Assembly: GCA_958295785.1 (NCBI GenBank)
Contig: OY282377.1
Span: forward strand, 3,328,385 to 3,392,384
Length of the DNA stretch: 64,000 nt
Source: an uncultured Latescibacterota bacterium
GTDB lineage: Bacteria; Latescibacterota; UBA2968
Direction of reading: 5' to 3'
This document shows positions 28,872 to 39,194 of this stretch, piece after piece (the first letter of the stretch is position 1; each line of letters opens with the position of its first letter). Made by a program: the position numbers and the translations under genes. The notes beneath the pieces are model-generated. The model saw only the letters and a program-made list of their open reading frames with translations. It ran no database searches and was not told where the DNA came from.

Positions 28872-29126
28872 CTACAAAATCCCCTTCGCCTTCAACCGCA
28901 CAATCAACTCCTCTTGCATCCGATTGCCATTCAGCGGGAAATCGCGTCGCGTCTTCGCATCCAACAGACGCTGAAATTCATATAGATCATCGACTTGCAC
29001 TGCCGAGCGGCGCAACTGCTTGAGCCGTTGCAAATCGTCAATGGCCCGAATGCCAGCGGCGAATTGATCGGCCACGGGCGGATCAAAGCGAATCTCCAGC
29101 ACATCAATTTGGTATCGGATGGTCAC
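28872..29126 (-). CDS. Small hypothetical protein (resembles the C-terminal tail of Rpn/PD-(D/E)xK proteins)
   Basis: VLEIRF...IRAIDDLQRLKQL pattern; overlaps the murQ stop codon. Confidence 0.4.
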   Translation of the reverse strand: MTIRYQIDVLEIRFDPPVADQFAAGIRAIDDLQRLKQLRRSAVQVDDLYEFQRLLDAKTRRDFPLNGNRMQEELIVRLKAKGIL

Positions 29127-30025
29127 TCCCCCAAGACCGCGTTTAAGACACCCTTATTTTTTTTGAGCAATGCACGGGCTGTTTCGATAGAGACAGCCCG
29201 TTTTGTCATGACGAGGGCGGTTTTGAGGTCGCCCTGTGCGCGGTCGAGTGCTTTGCGGCTTTCTTCCGGGGGGAGATCCGCGATAAGTCCCAAAATGCGC
29301 TGGGCGCGATCCGAGAGTTTGTCGCAGGTGGGGGCGAGATCGATCATCAGGTTTTCATAGACTTTGCCCAAGCGGATCATCGCGGTCGTGGTGATCATGT
29401 TGAGGACGAGTTTGGTCGCCGTGCCCGCTTTCATGCGCGTGGACCCGGCGATGACTTCCGGCCCGACGACTGGGACGATTGCAACATCTGCGCGTGCGGT
29501 TCGCGCGGGATTGCATGTGAAAAACACGGTCTTCGCGCCGATGCGTTGGGCATATTCGAGCGCGCCGAGGACAAAGGGCGTGACCCCACTCGCCGCAATG
29601 CCCATAACGACATCATCGGATGTACAGGCGCGGGCTTCAAGGGCCGCTTTTCCGTCTTCGGGGTGATCTTCCGCACCTTCTTGCGACTGCGTCAACGCGG
29701 GCACACCGCCTGCGATAATGCCCTGCACCATGTCGGGTTGTATGCCGTAGGTCGGCGGGCATTCAGCCGCGTCGAGCACGCCGAGCCGCCCGCTGGTTCC
29801 CGCGCCCACGTAAAAGAGCCGCCCGCCCTTTTGAAATGCCGATACCACGAGATCGACAGCGCGGGCAATGTCGCCTATCGCGCCTTCAACCGCGCGGGCG
29901 ATTTTTTGATCTTCGGCATTGATGATTCGCAGCGCATCTACTGTGGAACAGCGGTCGATGTGCGTGCTGTTGGGGTTGCGCTGTTCCGTGAGCAACCCCG
30001 CCCATTTTGAGGCTTGCTCGTTCAT
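29123..30025 (-). CDS. murQ: N-acetylmuramic acid 6-phosphate etherase
   Basis: GAGTSGRLGVLDAAECPPT and GSTRMKAGTATK motifs. Confidence 0.95.
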   Translation of the reverse strand: MNEQASKWAGLLTEQRNPNSTHIDRCSTVDALRIINAEDQKIARAVEGAIGDIARAVDLVVSAFQKGGRLFYVGAGTSGRLGVLDAAECPPTYGIQPDMVQGIIAGGVPALTQSQEGAEDHPEDGKAALEARACTSDDVVMGIAASGVTPFVLGALEYAQRIGAKTVFFTCNPARTARADVAIVPVVGPEVIAGSTRMKAGTATKLVLNMITTTAMIRLGKVYENLMIDLAPTCDKLSDRAQRILGLIADLPPEESRKALDRAQGDLKTALVMTKRAVSIETARALLKKNKGVLNAVLGE

Positions 30026-30178
30026 CTCTGCCTCCGAGAAATGCAACCACAGATAAACGCGGAGAGAATGCCAGGAAAATGCCAAAAACCCTCAGACAAT
30101 CCCTCGCAAAACCCATCTTCATTCCCCCCTTTTTAGGGGAGTATAAGAGGAGAGGCCGACCACTGACCCCTGATTTTT

Positions 30179-32914
30179 TTATTCATCTTCATTCATGCGC
30201 CGAAGGGTCTGACGCAGCGCGTCGATGCTTTGTCCGTAATCGGAAAACGCGCCCGAGCGCAAGTGTTTTTGGGCGGTTTCAAATTGGCGATAGGCCTGGC
30301 GGGCGAGTGCTTCGAGGTCTTCGGGCAAATTTTCAGACGCGGGCAGGGCTTTGATTTTGGCAAACACCCTGTCGAGCGCGTCGTTGAGGTCTTCGCCCAT
30401 CGCGAGGCGGTCCCCGTGAATGGCGAGCACGCGCTTGAGTTCTGGCATGCCGTTTTGGGAGGCGCGCAAATAGAGCGGTTCAACGTAAATGAACGAGTTG
30501 CGGATGGGAATGACCAGCAAATTGCCGCGTATGACATCGGAGCCGCGCTGATCCCACAGGGTGATCTCGCGGGAAATATCCGTGTCTTGATTGATGCGTT
30601 GTTCGATGAGCATCGGCCCGTAGATGAGCTTTTCCTTGGGCAGTTTATAGACCGTGAGTTGTCCGTAATTTTCGCCATCGCAACGCGCGAAAATCCAGCC
30701 GATCATGTTGGGTTTGTTCGATGGCGTGGCCGGAAGCATGAGGATGTATTCTTCGCGCTCCTCACCGGGCAAGCGAGCCATCACGTAATACGGGTGCATG
30801 CGAATGGGGCGGTCCATCGTGCCGTAGTATTCCGTGGGGATTTCCCACACATCTTCGCGGTTGTAGAACACGATGGGCGAGGTCATGTGATAGGTGTTGT
30901 AGAGCGATGCCTGAATGTCGAAAAGGTCGATGGGATAGCGCAGGTGGGCGCGCAGCGCGGGACTGATTTCATCGGCTGATTTGAACAGGTCCGGAAAAAT
31001 CGCCATATAGGTTTTGAGCAGCGGATCGCTCGTATCCCATGCGTAGAAAGAGACGCTGCCATGGTACGCGTCCAGCACCACTTTGACCGAATTGCGGATG
31101 TAATTCATTTCCCGCACATAAGGCCGGCCATAAGGCATAGAATAGGGGAACATGTTGGAGATCGTATAGGCGTCCTGTATCCAGACCAAGCGGCCTTCGA
31201 CCAAGACGAGATAGGGGTCGCTGTCGAAGTGGAGAAAGGGCGCGATTTTGTCGAACCGCCGAGGGGCATTTTCGCCAAAGCGCGTGCCGATGTGCCGGTC
31301 GAACATCATGCGGCTTTGCGGCGTGATCGCATCGGTAAAGAGGATGAAGGGATCGGCAAAGCGCAGGGCAAACGCGAGGCGCGTCAAAAACCCGCCCATG
31401 GGCACGCCGCCGCGCCCTTTGTAGGTCGTATAAATATTTTCATCGCCTTTGGGATAGTCGAACTCCGGGGTGTTGGTCTGAACGAGGACGTAGTCGCGCA
31501 TGTCCTCGCCGTAGTAGAGTTCGGGGCGGGCAACCGCAAGCCCGGCCGATGCGGCAGGGGGAATATCCTTGAGGAGAAACCCGGGCAGTCCCTCGGCGGC
31601 GATCTCGTTGGCCGGACTCATGACCAAGCCGTATCCGTGCGTGTACACCAGATGGCGATTGACCCACGTATCCCCGGGCAGGTCGCGCGGGTTTCTGGCG
31701 AGTTCGCGCGCGGCCAGCATGACCTGCCGATAGTCGCCATCAATGCGATAGCGATCCACATCCACACTGCGGAACTTGTAGTAGGATCGAATTTCCTGAA
31801 TCTGCGAGTACGTGTCCATCAAGGGCCGCCGGTCCCACAGGGGAATGCTCTGTATGGTGGCCTGATTGTTTTCGATATCGCGCGCCGTGAGGTCGGATTC
31901 TCCGGGAAAGGGCACTTCCTCAATTTTGTCCAAGGCATAAGCTTTGCGCGTGTAGTTGATGGCGTGTTGGATATAAGGGGCTTCCCGGTCAAATTCATTC
32001 GCCCGCACGACCACGAGTTCAAAGACAATGGGGATGAACCAACTCGCGACAATAAGCGCGCCGAGATAGGCCGCCGCGCCAAATCCGGGAATTTTCCAAG
32101 TGCGTAAGCGCGTGTTGTAAATGAGCAACCCCGCGAGGACAATGAGGCCGACGAGCATGACGCGATAGGCCAGAATCTGAATGTTGAGGTCCGTGTAGCC
32201 CGCGCCAAAAAAGGCTTCTTTGCGAAAGGAGTAGAGCAGTTCGTATTCTTTGAGCCAATAGCCCCACGCGAGTAAGAGGCCGAGCGCGGCGGCGAGAACC
32301 GAGATGTGCGCCCGCACATGCGGGGTTGTGATCCAGCGTTTGTCGTCGTAGCGAATGGCTCGGTCTCTGTGATAGGAAACAGTTGTGAAGATGCCCGTTA
32401 CGAGGATGGCGGCGATAAACCAACCCTGCAAAAAATTGTACAGCGGCAGGCTGAAAACGTAAAATGCGAGGTCGTACCCAAAAATGGGATCCGCAAGGCC
32501 AAAAGCAGAGGGATGGGCGTATTTGAGGACAACGGGCCACGCCGCGGTGCTCGCAACGCCCATAAAAAAGGACAACAGCGCGACAATGCCGATCCATGCG
32601 TAGCGTTGCCGGCGGGAGTGATCGGGCGGTGTGGAAACATCGCCATCAATGACGACCTCGAGCGCCATGATGCGCGTGGGTTGTCCATAATGCCGAGCAG
32701 CGGCAATGCTCAGGCCGCAGATCAGGGCAAACGCGCTGCCAAATGCAAACAAGACGAGGGTCTTGGTGCGGATGACCGTGACATAGGTATCGCGGAACCC
32801 GAGTTCTGAAAACCAGAGATAATCGGTATAGACCACCGCGAGCAGCCTAAGCCCGATGAACGCAGCAAAAACAGCAAAACCCAAAATGAGTATGATCAGC
32901 GTGCGTTTTGGCAT
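30179..32914 (-). CDS. UPF0182 family membrane protein
   Basis: TDYLWF, DPIFG.D, YTHGYG, NYIRNSVK and YVEPLYL motifs. Confidence 0.92.
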   Translation of the reverse strand: MPKRTLIILILGFAVFAAFIGLRLLAVVYTDYLWFSELGFRDTYVTVIRTKTLVLFAFGSAFALICGLSIAAARHYGQPTRIMALEVVIDGDVSTPPDHSRRQRYAWIGIVALLSFFMGVASTAAWPVVLKYAHPSAFGLADPIFGYDLAFYVFSLPLYNFLQGWFIAAILVTGIFTTVSYHRDRAIRYDDKRWITTPHVRAHISVLAAALGLLLAWGYWLKEYELLYSFRKEAFFGAGYTDLNIQILAYRVMLVGLIVLAGLLIYNTRLRTWKIPGFGAAAYLGALIVASWFIPIVFELVVVRANEFDREAPYIQHAINYTRKAYALDKIEEVPFPGESDLTARDIENNQATIQSIPLWDRRPLMDTYSQIQEIRSYYKFRSVDVDRYRIDGDYRQVMLAARELARNPRDLPGDTWVNRHLVYTHGYGLVMSPANEIAAEGLPGFLLKDIPPAASAGLAVARPELYYGEDMRDYVLVQTNTPEFDYPKGDENIYTTYKGRGGVPMGGFLTRLAFALRFADPFILFTDAITPQSRMMFDRHIGTRFGENAPRRFDKIAPFLHFDSDPYLVLVEGRLVWIQDAYTISNMFPYSMPYGRPYVREMNYIRNSVKVVLDAYHGSVSFYAWDTSDPLLKTYMAIFPDLFKSADEISPALRAHLRYPIDLFDIQASLYNTYHMTSPIVFYNREDVWEIPTEYYGTMDRPIRMHPYYVMARLPGEEREEYILMLPATPSNKPNMIGWIFARCDGENYGQLTVYKLPKEKLIYGPMLIEQRINQDTDISREITLWDQRGSDVIRGNLLVIPIRNSFIYVEPLYLRASQNGMPELKRVLAIHGDRLAMGEDLNDALDRVFAKIKALPASENLPEDLEALARQAYRQFETAQKHLRSGAFSDYGQSIDALRQTLRRMNEDE

Positions 32915-33266
32915 GAGAATTTCCGGTTTTTGAAAAAGCAACTGCGGATGAACACAGATGACGCAGATAGGGGCTAAACGCCGATAGCCGACAGTTTCCT
33001 TTTGAAGTCACACATGGGGTTAAAGTACAAGAAACGAATGGGTTGAACAAGGTTTTTGTCTGCGTGCGTGCAATGCGTGTTTGCCCGTTTTAGAACTTGA
33101 CAAAGATGGGATATGGCTTTATTCATAAATGCGAATTGCAGGTCAAAAACGCGATTGCCAATGTGCATATTTTTGACGTGAGAGACCCCGCTTATGTTGT
33201 CTTTCGGCAGGCGAATTGAGCGTCTCCGCGTTTTCTTCTCTCATTTTTTTCAATCAAAGATCGAAA

Positions 33267-34631
33267 ATGGACGTTATCCAAGCATTGCATACACCGCGCA
33301 CAAAACCGCCCGTGGCGTTTAAAGATCTCGCGCATCGCGCGTTGCGCCGAGACGAATTTTGGCGGCGCATTCCCGCTTTTAGAAACACAGACGCACGCAC
33401 CTTTCACTCGCATGTGTTTCAGATGCGCCATTCGATTACCAGCGTGGGCAAGTTGAGGGCCGCCATTGGCGATCTCGTGTCCGATGGCTTTTATCGAGAA
33501 GTCGTGGCAGGGCTGCAACACGCGCCGATGAGCGTGCGAATTTCGCCGTATATTTTGAGCTTGATCAATTGGGATGACCCGTATTGCGATCCGATTCGCA
33601 AACAATTTTTGTCCCTCAGATGCGAGCAAAAGATAGATCACCCCGAGTTGCACCTCGATTCGCTCAACGAATTGGGAGACGCGCCCGTTGCGGGGTTGAC
33701 CCATCGCTATCCAGACCGCGTGTTGTTTCTCGTGTTGGACACCTGCCCCGTGTATTGCCGGTTTTGCACCCGAAGTTATGCGGTGGGGTTGGATACGGAA
33801 GATGTCGAAAAGGTGAATCTGCGGGTCAATCGGGCGCGGTGGGACGACGCGATAGGCTATATCCAATCGCGCATCGAGGTCGAAGATGTGGTGGTCAGCG
33901 GGGGCGACGTGTATCAACTCAAGGCCGATCAGTTGGAAGAATTGGGCAACCGCCTGTTGGATATCGACCACATTCGGCGCTTCCGGTTTGCCACCAAAGG
34001 CCCGGCCGTGATGCCGCAAAAACTCATTGCGGATGACGCATGGGTCGATGCGCTGACGCGCGTGGTGGATCGCGGGCGTGCCATGCACAAAGACGTGGTT
34101 CTGCACACGCATTTCAATCACCCCGCGGAAATCACGGACATCACGCAGGATGGACTCAATCGGCTGCTGTCGCGCGGGATCGCGATTCGCAACCAAGCCG
34201 TGTTGCAGCGCGGCGTGAATGACGACACTGAGACGATGATGCTCTTGGTCAAACGGCTGAGTTATCTCAATGTGCAACCCTATTACGTGTTTTTTCACGA
34301 TCTCGTGCGCGGCGTTGAAGATTTACGCACCACGCTCGATGACGGCCTCGCCCTTGAAAAAGCCATTCGCGGCACCACATCCGGGTTTAACATGCCCACG
34401 TTCATCGTGGATACCCTGGGCGGCGGCGGAAAGCGAGACGCGCATTCTTATGAGTATTACAATCGGGAAACCGGGATCGCCGTTTATATCAGCCCCGTGG
34501 TCAAGCCCGACGCCTTTTTCTTGTATTTTGATCCGCTTTGGCGTTTGAGCCGAGATGTTCAGGCGCGGTGGCAGGATGAGGTGGAGAGGAACAAGATGAA
34601 GGCAGAGGCGATAGAAGCGGCGGGAAGATGA
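33267..34631 (+). CDS. KamA-family radical SAM aminomutase (lysine 2,3-aminomutase-like)
   Basis: THRYPDRV, CPVYCRFC, HTHFNHP, NQAVL and GGGGK motifs. Confidence 0.9.
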   Translation: MDVIQALHTPRTKPPVAFKDLAHRALRRDEFWRRIPAFRNTDARTFHSHVFQMRHSITSVGKLRAAIGDLVSDGFYREVVAGLQHAPMSVRISPYILSLINWDDPYCDPIRKQFLSLRCEQKIDHPELHLDSLNELGDAPVAGLTHRYPDRVLFLVLDTCPVYCRFCTRSYAVGLDTEDVEKVNLRVNRARWDDAIGYIQSRIEVEDVVVSGGDVYQLKADQLEELGNRLLDIDHIRRFRFATKGPAVMPQKLIADDAWVDALTRVVDRGRAMHKDVVLHTHFNHPAEITDITQDGLNRLLSRGIAIRNQAVLQRGVNDDTETMMLLVKRLSYLNVQPYYVFFHDLVRGVEDLRTTLDDGLALEKAIRGTTSGFNMPTFIVDTLGGGGKRDAHSYEYYNRETGIAVYISPVVKPDAFFLYFDPLWRLSRDVQARWQDEVERNKMKAEAIEAAGR

Positions 34632-34882
34632 GAGGTGAGACAGGAGAGATGAGAAGGCCACCCATCTGTCATTCCGGCGAAAGCCGAAATCCAGTTCGCT
34701 TAAGTAATCAGCAATCAGCAGTCAACCCGTAGGGACAGGCCCCTGTGCCTGTCCTCTCTTTATTTTTCTTCATCTGTGTTCATCCCTGCTTACATCACTC
34801 AGGGACATGCCTGTGGTTGCTTTTAGGGACAGATTGGGCGGGGGCTGAACGCTGATTGCCAAAAGCTGAACGCTCATTACGC

Positions 34883-34915
34883 AAAAGGGGCGACCAAACG
34901 CGGTCGTCCCTTTTT
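34883..34915. terminator. Bidirectional terminator between convergent genes
   Basis: aaaaggggcgacc-aaacgc-ggtcgtccctttt. Confidence 0.7.
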
Positions 34916-34986
34916 GTCATGAGAATATGTCGTTGAAAAATAAAATGATACTCAGAATGGATAGGGCTGTCAACTCAGTGCGTTGT

Positions 34987-35454
34987 TCACGGCGATTCGC
35001 ACAGCCAGCGTGCCATAGCTTTATCGGGATCGGCGATTTCTTCGAGGGAGGAGTAATAATAATCTTCCCAGCCGCGTTCTGGCAAACCCGTAAAGAGCAT
35101 GAGGTTGAGGGGATAGTGTTCCGAGTCGGTGCAACGGCGGAAGTCATCGCGGAAGAGAAAGGTTTTTTTCCCCAAAGCAATGGCAACGCCGAGCTCGACC
35201 ATCACGCCTTCATCGGGTGGGGTGCCATTGACAATGGCAAATACGGCGTCCGATTCCCCGACATCGCGCAGGTCGGCCTGCCCGATTTGATACGCCCATC
35301 CGGCTCGTGTCCGGTCAATTTGCTTGTTGCGTTCAAAAGGCTCCCAAACTTCTGCGCCCAGGGATTCGAGCGCGTGAACAAATTCGGGCAAGAGGTTCTG
35401 TTTCTGTTGCGCTGAAAATCCGTAGGGGCTGGCGAGATAAATCGTTTTGGACAT
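34987..35454 (-). CDS. Nucleoside 2-deoxyribosyltransferase family protein
   Basis: IYLASPYGF, PDEGVMVELG and NLML motifs. Confidence 0.88.
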   Translation of the reverse strand: MSKTIYLASPYGFSAQQKQNLLPEFVHALESLGAEVWEPFERNKQIDRTRAGWAYQIGQADLRDVGESDAVFAIVNGTPPDEGVMVELGVAIALGKKTFLFRDDFRRCTDSEHYPLNLMLFTGLPERGWEDYYYSSLEEIADPDKAMARWLCESP

Positions 35455-35549
35455 GGCGGCCTCCGAAAAAAATAATAGACGAATCAACGAATGGATGAAT
35501 CGCAGGGGCACGGCCCCCGTGCTCGTGTGAAAATCAGTGGTCAGTTGTT

Positions 35550-36049
35550 ATACCAAATTGAATAGCTATTATCCTCATGTGATGCGCTATGTTGCCAGCA
35601 AGCGATCCCCTTGACCTCAGAGAAGCCATTGCAACCAGGCCATCCCAAAAGACCATCAGACAAAACCATCACGCACAGCGCGCAAGGCCATCTCGCAACA
35701 CACATCCATCTTGCAACTCTCTTCGCAGGCCAACGCATGTCGTGCGACCCGCAAAGCGATTTGCGCTGTGCCAGCCTCTCGGCGCATGAGAGCGGCATTT
35801 TTGAACTGCTAAGGCAGTTGTACCCCGCTCGCCTACTTTTTTTGCTGTTGAAAAAAAGGAAGTCGCCGCACGCCGTAGGCACAGGCGTAGCCAACGCATC
35901 GAAGGCAACCCAGGAGGAGTTAGGACCAAACGCTTTAGACAAGCAACGCCTGAGTGCTACGGAACGTCTGTTCCTCATTTCTCATTCCTCATTCCTCATT
36001 CCTCTCTGATGGGAGGCAAGATACGGACAACTTAAAATCAAATTGGTAT
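35550..36049 (-). mobile_element. ~500-bp non-autonomous element (family B, copy 2, inverted and diverged)
   Basis: Colinear reverse-complement similarity to 25911-26435 with the same ATACCAA TIRs; no target duplication visible. Confidence 0.8.
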
Positions 36050-36161
36050 TGGGGGAGTAGGTCCCGATAATTTTAAGATGGCTTCTGACATTTGGCAATG
36101 ACTTTCGCCTTGCATGCGCGGTACTTGAAAGATATAATAGCGTCTCAACTGCGAGAGCGAA

Positions 36162-37442
36162 ATGGGATTTTTACCAAAAAAGGGCAATGCGCGGTTCAAT
36201 TTTATCGTGGGCGTGTTCAACGGCGGGGTGTTCGCATTTGGCATATCGTTTTTAGACCCCACAACTGTTTTGCCCGTTTTTATTCGGCATTTTACGACAT
36301 CGGATACGCTGGTCGGGTTGGGCAGTTCGCTGCACCGTGCGGGTTGGCATTTGCCGCAGTTGCTCGTGGCGGGATATTTGGAGCGGCGCGTGCGGCGGTT
36401 GCCCGTGTACAGGCAGGCCAATGCCGTGCGTATGTCCCTGATTTGGGCCATTGTGCCCCTGATCGCGTGGTATGGACTGGCGCGGCCAGGTTTGGTGTTG
36501 GGCGGGTTTCTCGTCCTGTATGGCGTGGCGTCTTTGTTTGGCGGGCTTGCGGGCAATGCCTATACCGATATTGTGGGCAAATCCCTGCCGCGGTCGCACA
36601 CGGGCTTGTTTTACGCCTCCCGTTCGTTTTTGGGCGGCGTGTTGAGTATTATCGCGGGCGTATTGATCGAGTATTTTCTGCGCCCCGCAAATGGATATGA
36701 TTTTCCGATGAACTACGGCGCGATTTTCGCCCTGGGCGCGGGAATGATGAGTTTGGGCATTGGGTGTTTTTGTCTGGTTCGAGAGCCAGAGGGCGAGGTG
36801 AGCGCGGCGCAGAGAAACGCCATTGAGGTGATGCGCGGCATTCCGCGCTTGTTGCGCCGAGATCGCAATTTCGGTCGTTTTCTCTGGGTGCAAATCCTGT
36901 CTTCTGGCATCGGGTTTTCACTCCCGTTTTACGTGGTGCTCGCCCGCGAGGCGTTTGGCATTTCAGAAAGTACGGTCGGCTTTTTTTTGGCTGTGCAAAC
37001 CATTGGCGCGGCTGTTTTTAACGTGATATGGGGGCAGTTGTCCATCAAGCGCGGCAACCACCGCGTGGTGTTGGCCGCCGTGTTGGGCGTGGCGCTGATC
37101 CCGTGTTTGGCATTGGTTTTGAGCAGCTATGCCAGTGTGTTGCAACGCGCTTCCGAATGGGTGATCGCAGGCTGTTTCGCGCCGATTTTTTTTCTAATCG
37201 GCGGCACCACAACGGGCATTTTCATCGGGTTCAAAAGTTATCTTTTGGATATCGCCCCCGCAGAACGCCGCCCGACTTATGTGGGCATCACCAATACCGT
37301 GCTGGGCGTGGGGTCGCTCTATCCCATACTGGGCGGCGTGCTCGCGGATATGGTGCATCTACAAGGCGTGTTTGCCCTGTCTGCCCTCACGGTCTTTGCG
37401 GGGCTGTGGCTGTGTTTTTATTTGAAAGCGATGGGTCGTTAA
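36162..37442 (+). CDS. MFS transporter
   Basis: About 12 hydrophobic segments; DIAPAERRPTY motif. Confidence 0.85.
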   Translation: MGFLPKKGNARFNFIVGVFNGGVFAFGISFLDPTTVLPVFIRHFTTSDTLVGLGSSLHRAGWHLPQLLVAGYLERRVRRLPVYRQANAVRMSLIWAIVPLIAWYGLARPGLVLGGFLVLYGVASLFGGLAGNAYTDIVGKSLPRSHTGLFYASRSFLGGVLSIIAGVLIEYFLRPANGYDFPMNYGAIFALGAGMMSLGIGCFCLVREPEGEVSAAQRNAIEVMRGIPRLLRRDRNFGRFLWVQILSSGIGFSLPFYVVLAREAFGISESTVGFFLAVQTIGAAVFNVIWGQLSIKRGNHRVVLAAVLGVALIPCLALVLSSYASVLQRASEWVIAGCFAPIFFLIGGTTTGIFIGFKSYLLDIAPAERRPTYVGITNTVLGVGSLYPILGGVLADMVHLQGVFALSALTVFAGLWLCFYLKAMGR

Positions 37443-37466
37443 GCGAACATTTTCGAGGAGTGAGCA

Positions 37467-38948
37467 ATGCCCAAACAACCCAATATTCTGTTTGTGTTGA
37501 CCGATCAGCAACGCTGGGATACCATCCACGCGGCGGGCAATCCGCATATTCGCACGCCAGTGATGGATCGGCTCTGCCGCGAGGGCGTGAATTTTACCAA
37601 GGGATATACGCCATCGCCGGTTTGCGTGTCGGCGCGCGCATCGATCATCACCGGGCAATATCCGCACAACAACGGCTGTTTTGACAATGGATTCCCGCAA
37701 CCGACAGACCGCCCCTCGTTGATGGACTGCCTCGCGCGGGCAGGGTATTATTGTCACGGCGTTGGGAAGATGCACTTTACGGGTGATCGAAGGGGACTGC
37801 GGGGATTTCACACGCGCGATGTACAGGAAGAACTTTGCGGGGCGGTCGATGTGGACGATTACCTGAAGTTCGTACACGCGCAGGGCTTTGACCACGTCCA
37901 CGATGTGATGGGCGCGCGCGGGGAGATGTATTATATCCCGCAGATTTCCCAACTGCCCGCCCGCCTTCATCCCACCGCCTGGGTGGCGGACCGCAGCATT
38001 GACTTTTTGCAAAACCGCGATGCGTCCAAGCCGTTTTTTTTGTGGTCGAGTTTCATCCATCCGCACCCGCCGTTTTCCCCGCCAACGCCGTGGAACAAAC
38101 TCTATCGCGGCGCGTTGATGCCCTTGCCCAAACGCCCCGATAACACGGAAGACCTGTGGACGCATTTCAATCGCCATCAGAATCGCTACAAGTACCGCGA
38201 TGCGGGGTTGGATGATCGCATGTTGCAAGTGATGCGCGGGTATTACTGGGCGTGTGTGTCGTTTATCGACTACAGCGTGGGGCGAATCATCGACGCACTC
38301 GAAAAACAAGGGGAATTGGATCATACCCTGATTGTCTGGTCGTCTGATCACGGCGAGTTGCTCGGGGATTACAACTGTTTTGGCAAGCGCAGTTTTCTCG
38401 ACGCGGCCGCGCGCGTGCCCATGCTGGCGCGCTATCCCGACCGATTCCCGTGCGGTGTCGCGGAAGAAACGCCCTGTGGTTCGATGGATTTGATGCCGAC
38501 GTTTTTGGGCGCCGCGGGCGTTTCTGAAGTCGAGGCGGATTTGGACGGTTTGGACATGGCGGGTATGGTCGGCAGCGAGAACAAGCGCGTGATTTACGGG
38601 CAGATTCAGCGCGGCCAGCGCGGCGTGTACATGGCGTACAACGGCGATTTGAAATACATTTATTCGGCGGGCGATCAAAAGGAATATTTGCTCGACCACC
38701 GCGTAGATGCAGAAGAGACGCGCAATTGTGCGTACAATGTGCTGTACGCCTCAGCCGTGAAAGCCATGCGCGAAAACCTGATTGGCTTCTTTCAGGACGA
38801 GGGCTATACCGAACCCTTAGATGGCGGCAATTGGAAAGCCTTTGATCGAATTGCCGATCCCAAAAGCGCGGATGCAAATTTGTTGATCCAAGATGCGGGT
38901 TGGGCGACTCCCCACTACCGTATTCCGGGGTATTCGAGTACCCCATGA
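37467..38948 (+). CDS. Formylglycine-dependent sulfatase
   Basis: PNILFVLTDQQR, CVSAR, GKMH, HPHPP and SDHG motifs. Confidence 0.93.
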   Translation: MPKQPNILFVLTDQQRWDTIHAAGNPHIRTPVMDRLCREGVNFTKGYTPSPVCVSARASIITGQYPHNNGCFDNGFPQPTDRPSLMDCLARAGYYCHGVGKMHFTGDRRGLRGFHTRDVQEELCGAVDVDDYLKFVHAQGFDHVHDVMGARGEMYYIPQISQLPARLHPTAWVADRSIDFLQNRDASKPFFLWSSFIHPHPPFSPPTPWNKLYRGALMPLPKRPDNTEDLWTHFNRHQNRYKYRDAGLDDRMLQVMRGYYWACVSFIDYSVGRIIDALEKQGELDHTLIVWSSDHGELLGDYNCFGKRSFLDAAARVPMLARYPDRFPCGVAEETPCGSMDLMPTFLGAAGVSEVEADLDGLDMAGMVGSENKRVIYGQIQRGQRGVYMAYNGDLKYIYSAGDQKEYLLDHRVDAEETRNCAYNVLYASAVKAMRENLIGFFQDEGYTEPLDGGNWKAFDRIADPKSADANLLIQDAGWATPHYRIPGYSSTP

Positions 38949-39109
38949 GAGGATGAGCAACAACTTTGACCTTGCCAATGCTTTCCCCATGCCGCATTCT
39001 AACGACAATCCGCAAACAGTGTTTGGGACGATGCGTAAACACATACATTAACGCATCAAATATTTCGCGGACTCGGCAGCTATTTGAACAAAAGATTCAT
39101 CCGTAAATC

Positions 39110-39140
39110 AAAAAGAGCCTATTTTACAGGCTCTTTTTTT
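39110..39140 (+). terminator. Intrinsic terminator
   Basis: aaaagagcct-atttta-caggctcttttttt. Confidence 0.65.
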
Positions 39141-39194
39141 TGGCATAATCATTGCATTAGAGATTGCAAAAACGCCGATTTCAAACGAGGCATT

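Noticed and set aside
36050..36115. yybP-ykoY Mn riboswitch hinted by GGGGAGTAG upstream of the MFS gene
   Set aside because: The remaining consensus and pairing are not convincing, and the motif abuts a MITE end.
37359..38699. Long antisense ORFs (e.g. opposite the sulfatase, sufS, kamA-like and ABC ATPase genes)
   Set aside because: Expected shadows of GC-biased codon usage; no motifs.
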